Source: Auanema rhodensis (taxonomy: Eukaryota > Animalia > Nematoda). Taken from it: a DNA stretch of 64,000 nucleotides. Position 1 is the stretch's first letter. Each line of letters begins with the position of its first letter. Shown here piece by piece: positions 53,301-64,000 of this stretch. The DNA is taken from contig OZ059899.1 of the NCBI GenBank assembly GCA_964057225.1, positions 17,484,001-17,548,000 on the forward strand. Reading direction: 5' to 3'. The notes under the pieces were generated by a model. The model saw only the letters and a list, made by a program, of their open reading frames with translations. It was not told where the DNA came from and searched no databases. A program made the position numbers and the translations under genes.

Positions 53301-56300
53301 ATCAACTGATATAAGTTCACACTTATATCCTCGATTTTCAACCTGGAGAATTAATTTCTTCGTTGAATAACAATGTCCATCGTCTTCGCCTTAAAAAAAA
53401 AATCTAAAAACATCTACTTTTTGTGAAATTATTTTGAAATTTTTAGGGAAAATTTTTGTCAAAAAGTTTTTGGAAGCAATGTTGAGTGTACATGGAAACT
53501 CAACATACACTAATGCATCATTTTTCAAACGATCATAACTAATTTTTGTATTGAGCGTTTCTCAATGTAGTATAGTGCATTCGATGCGGATTTTTAAGCT
53601 GCGTCGATCTATGTTATCAGATTTGCGCTATCTTTAAAATGCACCGATATATCAACTGATATAAGTTCACACTTATATCCTCGATTTTCACCCTGAAGAA
53701 TTAATTTTTTTGTTGAATAACATTGTCCATCGTTTTCGCCTTGAAAAACGAAATCTAAAAACATCTACTTTTTGTAAAATTATTTTGAAATTTTTAGGGA
53801 AAATTTTTGTCAAAAAGTTTTTGGAAGCAATGTTGAGTGTACATGGAAACTCAACATACACTAATGCATCATTTTTCAAACGATCATAACTAATTTTTGT
53901 ATTGAGCGTTTCTCAATGTAGTATAGTGCATTCGATGCGGATTTTTAAGCTGCGTCGATCTAAGTTATCAGATTTGCGCTATCTTAAAAATGCACCGATA
54001 TATCAACTGATATAAGTTCACACTTATATCCTCGATTTTCACCCTGAAGAATTAATTTTTTTGTTGAATAACATTGTCCATCGTCTTCACCTTGAAAAAC
54101 GAAATCTAAAAACATCTACTTTTTGTAAAATTATTTTGAAATTTTTAGGGAAAATTTTTGTCAAAAAGTTTTTGGAAGCAATGTTGAGTGTACATGGAAA
54201 CTCAACATACACTAATGCATCATTTTTCAAACGATCATAACTAATTTTTGTATTGAGCGTTTCTCAATGTAGTATAGTGCATTCGATGCGGATTTTTAAG
54301 CTGCGTCGATCTAAGTTATCAGATTTGCGCTATCTTAAAAATGCACCGATATATCAACTGATATAAGTTCACACTTATATCCTCGATTTTCACCCTGAAG
54401 AATTAATTTTTTTGTTGAATAACATTGTCCATCGTCTTCACCTTGAAAAAAGGAATCTAAAAACATCTACTTTTTGTGAAATTATTTTGAAATTTTTAGG
54501 GAAAATTTTTGTCAAAAAGTTTTTGGAAGCAATGTTGAGTGTACATGGAAACTCAACATACACTAATGCATCATTTTTCAAACGATCATAACTAATTTTC
54601 GTATTAAGCGTTTCTCAATGTAGTATAGTGCATTCGATGCGGATTTTTAAGCTGCGTCGATCTGTGTTATCAGATTTGCGCTAGCTTAAAAATGCACCGA
54701 GATATCAACTGAAATAAGTTAACACATATATCCTCAATTTTCACCCTGAAGAATTAATTTTTTTGTTGAATAACATTGTCCATCGTCTTCGCCTTGAAAA
54801 AAGGAATCTAAAAACATCTACTTTTTGTGAAATTATTTTGAAATTTTTAGGGAAAATTTTTGTCAAAAAGTTTTTGGAAGCAATGTTGAGTGTACATGGA
54901 AACTCAACATACACTAATGCATCATTTTTCAAACGATCATAACTAATTTTCGTATTAAGCGTTTCTCAATGTAGTATAGTGCATTCGATGCGGATTTTTA
55001 AGCTGCGTCGATCTGTGTTATCAGATTTGCGCTAGCTTAAAAATGCACCGAGATATCAACTGATATAAGTTCACACTTATATCCTCGATTTTCAACCTGA
55101 AGAATTAATTTCTTCGTTGAATAACAATGTCCATCGTCTTCGCCTTAAAAAAAAAATCTAAAAACATCTACTTTTTGTGAAATTATTTTGAAATTTTTAG
55201 TGAAAATTTTTGTCAAAAAGTTTTTGGAAGCAATGTTGAGTGTACATGGAAACTCAACATACACTAATGCATCATTTTTCAAACGATCATAACTAATTTT
55301 CGTATTAAGCGTTTCTCAATGTAGTATAGTGCATTCGAATCGGATTTTTAAGCTGCGTCGATCTGTGTTATCAGATTTGCGCTAGCTTAAAAATGCACCG
55401 AGATATCAACTGAAATAAGTTAACACATATATCCTCAATTTTCACCCTGAAGAATTAATTTTTTTGTTGAATAACATTGTCCATCGTCTTCGCCTTGAAA
55501 AAAGGAATCTAAAAACATCTACTTTTTGTGAAATTATTTTGAAATTTTTAGGGAAAATTTTTGTCAAAAAGTTTTTGGAAGCAATGTTGAGTGTACATGG
55601 AAACTCAACATACACTAATGCATCATTTTTCAAACGATCATAACTAATTTTCGTATTAAGCGTTTCTCAATGTAGTATAGTGCATTCGATGCGGATTTTT
55701 AAGCTGCGTCGATCTGTGTTATCAGATTTGCGCTAGCTTAAAAATGCACCGAGATATCAACTGATATAAGTTCACACTTATATCCTCGATTTTCAACCTG
55801 AAGAATTAATTTCTTCGTTGAATAACAATGTCCATCGTCTTCGCCTTAAAAAAAAAATCTAAAAACATCTACTTTTTGTGAAATTATTTTGAAATTTTTA
55901 GTGAAAATTTTTGTCAAAAAGTTTTTGGAAGCAATGTTGAGTGTACATGGAAACTCAACATACACTAATGCATCATTTTTCAAACGATCATAACTAATTT
56001 TCGTATTAAGCGTTTCTCAATGTAGTATAGTGCATTCGATGCGGATTTTTAAGCTGCGTCGATCTGTGTTATCAGATTTGCGCTAGCTTAAAAATGCACC
56101 GAGATATCAACTGAAATAAGTTAACACATATATCCTCAATTTTCACCCTGAAGAATTAATTTTTTTGTTGAATAACATTGTCCATCGTCTTCGCCTTGAA
56201 AAAAGGAATCTAAAAACATCTACTTTTTGTAAAATTATTTTGAAATTTTTAGGTAAAATTTTTGTCAAAATGTTTTTGAAAGCAATGTTGAGTGTACATG

Positions 56301-59029
56301 GAAACTCAACATACACTAATGCATCATTTTTCAAACGATCATGACTAATTTTTGTATTGAGCGTTTCTCAATGTAGTATAGTGCCTTCGATGCGGATTTT
56401 TAAGCTGCGTCGATCTATGTTATCAGATTTGCGCTATCTTTAAAATGCACCGATATATCAACTGATATAAGTTCACACTTATATCCTCGATTTTCACCCT
56501 GAAGAATTAATTTTTTTGTTGAATAACCTTGTCCATCGTCTTCGCCTTGAAAAAAGGAATCTAAAAACATCTACTTTTTGTGAAATTATTTTGAAATTTT
56601 CAGGGAAAATTTTTGTCAAAATGTTTTTGGAAGCAATGTTGAGTGTACATGGAAACTCAACATACACTAATGCATCATTTTTCAAACGATCATAACTAAT
56701 TTTTGTATCGAGCGTTTCTCAATGTAGTATAGTGCATTCGATGCGGATTTTTAAGCTGCGTCGATCTATGTTATCAGATTTGCGCTAGCTTAAAAATGCA
56801 CCGAGATATCAACTGATATAAGTTCACACTTATATCCTCGATTTTCACCCTGAAGAATTAATTTTTTTGTTGAATAACAATGTCCATCGTCTTCGCCTTA
56901 AAAAAAAATCTAAAAACATCTACTTTTTGTGAAATTATTTTGAAATTTTTAGGGAAAATTTTTGTCAAAATGTTTTTGGAAGCAATGTTGAGTGTACATG
57001 GAAACTCAACATACACTAATGCATCATTTTTCAAACGATCATAACTAATTTTTGTATTGAGCGTTTCTCAATGTAGTATAGTGCATTCGATGCGGATTTT
57101 TAAGCTGCGTCGATCTATGTTATCAGATTTGCGCTATCTTAAAAATGCACCGAGATATCAACTGATATAAGTTCACACTTATATCCTCGATTTTCAACCT
57201 GAAGAATTAATTTTTTTGTTGAATAACATTGTCCATCGTTTTCGCCTTGAAAAAAGAAATCTAAAAACATCTACTTTTTGTAAAATTATTTTGAAATTTT
57301 TAGGGAAAATTTTTGTCAAAAAGTTTTTGGAAGCAATGTTGAGTGTACATGGAAACTCAACATACACTAATGCATCATTTTTCAAACGATCATAACTAAT
57401 TTTTGTATTGAGCGTTTCTCAATGTAGTATAGTGCATTCGATGCGGATTTTTAAGCTGCGTCGATCTATGTTATCAGATTTGCGCTATCTTTAAAATGCA
57501 CCGATATATCAACTGATATAAGTTCACACTTATATCCTCGATTTTCACCCTGAAGAATTAATTTTTTTGTTGAATAACATTGTCCATCGTCTTCGCCTTG
57601 AAAGAAGGAATCTAAAAACATCTACTTTTTGTGAAATTATTTTGAAATTTTTAGGGAAAATTTTTGTCAAAATGTTTTTGGAAGCAATGTTGAGTGTACA
57701 TGGAAACTCAACATACACTAATGCATCATTTTTCAAACGATCATAACTAATTTTTGTATTGAGCGTTTCTCAATGTAGTATAGTGCATTCGATGCGGATT
57801 TTTAAGCTGCGTCGATCTATGTTATCAGATTTGCGCTATCTTTAAAATGCACCGATATATCAACTGATATAAGTTCACACTTATATCCTCGATTTTCACC
57901 CTGAAGAATTAATTTTTTTGTTGAATAACATTGTCCATCGTCTTCACCTTGAAAAAAGGAATCTAAAAACATCTACTTTTTGTGAAATTATTTTGAAATT
58001 TTTAGGGAAAATTTTTGTCAAAAAGTTTTTGGAAGCAATGTTGAGTGTACATGGAAACTCAACATACACTAATGCATCATTTTTCAAACGATCATAACTA
58101 ATTTTCGTATTAAGCGTTTCTCAATGTAGTATAGTGCATTCGATGCGGATTTTTAAGCTGCGTCGATCTGTGTTATCAGATTTGCGCTATCTTTAAAATG
58201 CACCGAGATATCAACTGATATAAGTTCACACTTATATCCTCGATTTTCACCCTGAAAAATTGATTTTTTCGTTGAATAACATTGTCCATCGTCTTTGCCT
58301 TGAAAAAAGGAATCTAAAAACATCTACTTTTTGTAAAATTATTTTGAAATTTTTAGGTAAAATTTTTGTCAAAATGTTTTTGAAAGCAATGTTGAGTGTA
58401 CATGGAATCTCAACATACACTAATGCATCATTTTTCAAACGATCATGACTAATTTTTGTATTGAGCGTTTCTCAATGTAGTATAGTGCCTTCGATGCGGA
58501 TTTTTAAGCTGCGTCGATCTATGTTATCAGATTTGCGCTATCTTTAAAATGCACCGATATATCAACTGATATAAGTTCACACTTATATCCTCGATTTTCA
58601 CCCTGAAAAATTGATTTTTTCGTTGAATAACATTGTCCATCGTCTTTGCCTTGAAAAAAGGAATCTAAAAACATCTAATTTTTGTGAAATTATTTCGAAA
58701 TTTTTAGGTAAAATTTTTGTCAAAATGTTTTTGAAAGCAATGTTGAGTGTACATGGAAACTCAACATACACTAATGCATCATTTTTCAAACGATCATGAC
58801 TAATTTTTGTATTCAGCGTTTCTCAATGTAGTATAGTGCCTTCGATGCGGATTTTTAAGCTGCGTCGATCTATGTTATCAGATTTGCGCTATCTTTAAAA
58901 TGCACCGATATATCAACTGATATAAGTTCACACTTATATCCTCGATTTTCACCCTGAAGAATTAATTTTTTTGTTGAATAACATTGTCCATCGTCTTTGC
59001 CTTGAAAAAAGGAATCTAAAAACATCTAA

Positions 59030-62000
59030 TTTTTGTGAAATTATTTCGAAATTTTTAGGTAAAATTTTTGTCAAAATGTTTTTGAAAGCAATGTTGAGTG
59101 TACATGGAAACTCAACATACACTAATGCATCATTTTTCAAACGATCATGACTAATTTTTGTATTCAGCGTTTCTCAATGTAGTATAGTGCCTTCGATGCG
59201 GATTTTTAAGCTGCGTCGATCTATGTTATCAGATTTGCGCTATCTTTAAAATGCACCGATATATCAACTGATATAAGTTCACACTTATATCCTCGATTTT
59301 CACCCTGAAGAATTAATTTTTTTGTTGAATAACCTTGTCCATCGTCTTCACCTTGAAAAAAGGAATCTAAAAACATCTACTTTTTGTAAAATTATTTTGA
59401 AATTTTTCGGGAAAATTTTTGTCAAAATGTTTTTGGAAGCAATGTTGAGTGTACATGGAAACTCAACATACACTAATACATCATTTTCTAAACGATCATA
59501 ACTAATTTTTGTATTGAGGGTTTCTCAATGTAATATAGTGCATTCGATGCGGATTTTTAAGCTGCGTCGATCTGTGTTATCAGATTTGCGCTAGCTTAAA
59601 AATGCACCGAGATATCAACTGATATAAGTTCACACTTATAATCTCGATTTTCACCCTGAAGAATTAATTTTTTTGTTGAATAACATTGTCCATCGTCTTC
59701 ACCTTGAAAAAAGGAATCTAAAAACATCTACTTTTTGTAAAATTATTTTGAAATTTTTAGGGAAAATTTTTGTCAAAATGTTTTTGGAAGCAATGTTGAG
59801 TGTACATGGAAACTCAACATACACTAATGCATCATTTTTCAAACGATCATAACTAATTTTTGTATTAAGCGTTTCTCAATGTAGTATAGTGCATTCGAAT
59901 CGGATTTTTAAGCTGCGTCGATCTGTGTTATCAGATTTGCGCTAGCTTAAAAATGCACCGAGATATCAACTGATATAAGTTCACACTTATATCCTCGATT
60001 TTCACCCTGAAAAATTGATTTTTTCGTTGAATAACATTGTCCATCGTCTTTGCCTTGAAAAAAGGAATCTAAAAACATCTACTTTTTGTGAAATTATTTT
60101 GAAATTTTCAGAGAAAATTTTTGTCAAAATGTTTTTGGAAGCAATGTTGAGTGTACATGGAAACTCAACATACACTAATGCATCATTTTTCAAACGATCA
60201 TAACTATTTTTTGTATCGAGCGTTTCTCAATGTAGTATAGTGCATTCGATGCGGATTTTTAAGCTGCGTCGATCTATGTTATCAGATTTGCGCTATCTTT
60301 AAAATGCACCGAGATATCAACTGTTATAAGTTCACACTTATATCCTCGATTTTCACCCTGAAGAATTAATTTTTTTGTTGAATAACATTGTCCATCGTCT
60401 TCACCTTGAAAAATGGAATCTAAAAACATCTACTTTTTGTGAAATTATTTTGAAATTTTCAGAGAAAATTTTTGTCAAAATGTTTTTGGAAGCAATGTTG
60501 AGTGTACATGGAAACTCAACATACACTAATGCATCATTTTTCAAACGATCATAACTAATTTTTGTATTGAGCGTTTCTCAATGTAGTATAGTGCATTCGA
60601 ATCGGATTTTTAAGCTGCGTCGATCTGTGTTATCAGATTTGCGCTAGCTTAAAAATGCACCGAGATATCAACTGATATAAGTTCACACTTATATCCTCGA
60701 TTTTCACCCTGAAAAATTGATTTTTTCGTTGAATAACATTGTCCATCGTCTTTGCCTTGAAAAAAGGAATCTAAAAACATCTACTTTTTTTGAAATTATT
60801 TTGAAATTTTCAGAGAAAATTTTTGTCAAAATGTTTTTGGAAGCAATGTTGAGTGTACATGGAAACTCAACATACACTAATGCATCATTTTTCAAACGAT
60901 CATGACTAATTTTTGTATTGAGGGTTTCTCAATGTAGTATAGTGCATTCCATGCGGATTTTTAAGCTGCGTCGATCTATGTTATCAGATTTGCGCTATCT
61001 TTAAAATGCACCGAGATATCAACTGTTATAAGTTCACACTTATATCCTCGATTTTCACCCTGAAGAATTAATTTTTTTGTTGAATAACATTGTCCATCGT
61101 CTTCACCTTGAAAAAAGAAATCTAAAAACATCTACTTTTTGTGAAATTATTTTGAAATTTTTCGGGAAAATTTTTGTCAAAATGTTTTTGGAAGCAATGT
61201 TGAGTGTACATGGAAACTCAACATACACTAATGCATCATTTTTCAAACGATCATAACTAATTTTTGTATTAAGCGTTTCTCAATGTAGTATAGTGCATTC
61301 GAATCGGATTTTTAAGCTGCGTCGATCTGTGTTATCAGATTTGCGCTAGCTTAAAAATGCACCGAGATATCAACTGATATAAGTTCACACTTATATCCTC
61401 GATTTTCACCCTGAAAAATTGATTTTTTCGTTGAATAACATTGTCCATCGTCTTTGCCTTGAAAAAAGGAATCTAAAAACATCTACTTTTTGTGAAATTA
61501 TTTTGAAATTTTCAGAGAAAATTTTTGTCAAAATGTTTTTGGAAGCAATGTTGAGTGTACATGGAAACTCAACATACACTAATGCATCATTTTTCAAACG
61601 ATCATAACTATTTTTTGTATCGAGCGTTTCTCAATGTAGTATAGTGCATTCGATGCGGATTTTTAAGCTGCGTCGATCTATGTTATCAGATTTGCGCTAT
61701 CTTTAAAATGCACCGAGATATCAACTGTTATAAGTTCACACTTATATCCTCGATTTTCACCCTGAAGAATTAATTTTTTTGTTGAATAACATTGTCCATC
61801 GTCTTCACCTTGAAAAAAGGAATCTAAAAACATCTACTTTTTGTGAAATTATTTCGAAATTTTTAGGTAAAATTTTTGTCAAAATGTTTTTGAAAGCAAT
61901 GTTGAGTGTACATGGAAACTCAACATACACTAATGCATCATTTTTCAAACGATCATGACTAATTTTTGTATTCAGCGTTTCTCAATGTAGTATAGTGCCT

Positions 62001-64000
62001 TCGATGCGGATTTTTAAGCTGCGTCGATCTATGTTATCAGATTTGCGCTATCTTTAAAATGCACCGATATATCAACTGATATAAGTTCACACTTATATCC
62101 TCGATTTTCACCCTGAAGAATTAATTTTTTTGTTGAATAACCTTGTCCATCGTCTTCACCTTGAAAAAAGGAATCTAAAAACATCTACTTTTTGTAAAAT
62201 TATTTTGAAATTTTTCGGGAAAATTTTTGTCAAAATGTTTTTGGAAGCAATGTTGAGTGTACATGGAAACTCAACATACACTAATACATCATTTTCTAAA
62301 CGATCATAACTAATTTTTGTATTGAGGGTTTCTCAATGTAATATAGTGCATTCGATGCGGATTTTTAAGCTGCGTCGATCTGTGTTATCAGATTTGCGCT
62401 AGCTTAAAAATGCACCGAGATATCAACTGATATAAGTTCACACTTATAATCTCGATTTTCACCCTGAAGAATTAATTTTTTTGTTGAATAACATTGTCCA
62501 TCGTCTTCACCTTGAAAAAAGGAATCTAAAAACATCTACTTTTTGTAAAATTATTTTGAAATTTTTAGGGAAAATTTTTGTCAAAATGTTTTTGGAAGCA
62601 ATGTTGAGTGTACATGGAAACTCAACATACACTAATGCATCATTTTTCAAACGATCATAACTAATTTTTGTATTAAGCGTTTCTCAATGTAGTATAGTGC
62701 ATTCGAATCGGATTTTTAAGCTGCGTCGATCTGTGTTATCAGATTTGCGCTAGCTTAAAAATGCACCGAGATATCAACTGATATAAGTTCACACTTATAT
62801 CCTCGATTTTCACCCTGAAAAATTGATTTTTTCGTTGAATAACATTGTCCATCGTCTTTGCCTTGAAAAAAGGAATCTAAAAACATCTACTTTTTGTGAA
62901 ATTATTTTGAAATTTTCAGAGAAAATTTTTGTCAAAATGTTTTTGGAAGCAATGTTGAGTGTACATGGAAACTCAACATACACTAATGCATCATTTTTCA
63001 AACGATCATAACTATTTTTTGTATCGAGCGTTTCTCAATGTAGTATAGTGCATTCGATGCGGATTTTTAAGCTGCGTCGATCTATGTTATCAGATTTGCG
63101 CTATCTTTAAAATGCACCGAGATATCAACTGTTATAAGTTCACACTTATATCCTCGATTTTCACCCTGAAGAATTAATTTTTTTGTTGAATAACATTGTC
63201 CATCGTCTTCACCTTGAAAAATGGAATCTAAAAACATCTACTTTTTGTGAAATTATTTTGAAATTTTCAGAGAAAATTTTTGTCAAAATGTTTTTGGAAG
63301 CAATGTTGAGTGTACATGGAAACTCAACATACACTAATGCATCATTTTTCAAACGATCATAACTAATTTTTGTATTGAGCGTTTCTCAATGTAGTATAGT
63401 GCATTCGAATCGGATTTTTAAGCTGCGTCGATCTGTGTTATCAGATTTGCGCTAGCTTAAAAATGCACCGAGATATCAACTGATATAAGTTCACACTTAT
63501 ATCCTCGATTTTCACCCTGAAAAATTGATTTTTTCGTTGAATAACATTGTCCATCGTCTTTGCCTTGAAAAAAGGAATCTAAAAACATCTACTTTTTTTG
63601 AAATTATTTTGAAATTTTCAGAGAAAATTTTTGTCAAAATGTTTTTGGAAGCAATGTTGAGTGTACATGGAAACTCAACATACACTAATGCATCATTTTT
63701 CAAACGATCATGACTAATTTTTGTATTGAGGGTTTCTCAATGTAGTATAGTGCATTCCATGCGGATTTTTAAGCTGCGTCGATCTATGTTATCAGATTTG
63801 CGCTATCTTTAAAATGCACCGAGATATCAACTGTTATAAGTTCACACTTATATCCTCGATTTTCACCCTGAAGAATTAATTTTTTTGTTGAATAACATTG
63901 TCCATCGTCTTCACCTTGAAAAAAGAAATCTAAAAACATCTACTTTTTGTGAAATTATTTTGAAATTTTTCGGGAAAATTTTTGTCAAAATGTTTTTGGA
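59030..64000 (+). repeat. 8-monomer (2808-bp) Sat351 higher-order repeat; second copy truncated by the window edge
   Basis: cactaatAca/ttttcTaa occurs at 59471 and 62279, aaaTggaatc at 60411 and 63219, and cattcCatg at ~60945 and ~63753. All pairs are 2808 bp apart. Confidence 0.92.

Larger units (their letters stand above)
17567..64000. repeat. Satellite array, ~351-bp monomer (349-351 bp; Sat351), ~132 head-to-tail units, truncated by the right window edge
   Basis: CA(C/A)CCTGAAGAATTAA recurs at 17567, 17918, 18269 and onward to 63864. ORF-track spacings are multiples of 351 minus 0-3. Length variation comes from an A-tract after CGCCTT. Confidence 0.99.

Noticed and set aside
17530-63703. 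Repeated 63-aa minus-strand ORF (MKNDALVYVEF...) as a multicopy gene family
   Set aside because: It starts at TTG rather than ATG. It is freely broken by A-tract frameshifts and stop codons in many monomers, has a K/F/I/N-rich composition expected from AT-rich DNA, and has no recognisable domain. It is a by-product of the satellite.
17558-63713. Plus-strand 62-76-aa ORFs, including the one spanning the junction (17558-17767)
   Set aside because: They appear only where point variants create a start or remove a stop. There is no coding evidence.
1-64000. CRISPR array or other repeat/spacer system
   Set aside because: There are no unique spacers: whole monomers are repeated, and no cas-like ORFs are present.
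1-64000. Tandem RNA gene cluster (5S rRNA, tRNA, snRNA, spliced leader)
   Set aside because: I could not recognise 5S sequence, a tRNA cloverleaf with A/B boxes, or snRNA motifs in either monomer. An Rfam/Infernal search would settle this.
17567-64000. Sat351 as a diverged dimer of Sat176
   Set aside because: No half-to-half similarity or continuous alignment to Sat176 is visible, only short motifs (reported separately).

Overview
The window is entirely tandem satellite DNA and looks eukaryotic (heterochromatic or pericentromeric). I cannot identify the organism or family by eye. An AT-rich 176-bp satellite (Sat176, ~100 units) fills 1-17561 and directly abuts an AT-rich ~351-bp satellite (Sat351, ~132 units) at 17567-64000, with a 5-bp filler between them. 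Both arrays run off the window edges. I found no credible protein-coding gene, RNA gene, transposon or CRISPR array; the ORF track reflects one short open frame repeated in each Sat351 monomer. The interesting signal is structural: (i) a base-resolved satellite/satellite junction with a locally templated insert, preceded by an exactly monomer-length, circularly permuted Sat176 unit; (ii) nested higher-order repeats and block duplications in both arrays; (iii) dense short dyad symmetries, with several recurrent variants that perfect local palindromes; (iv) many CpG-transition variants; (v) a ~1:2 monomer length ratio. All counts and alignments were done by eye.
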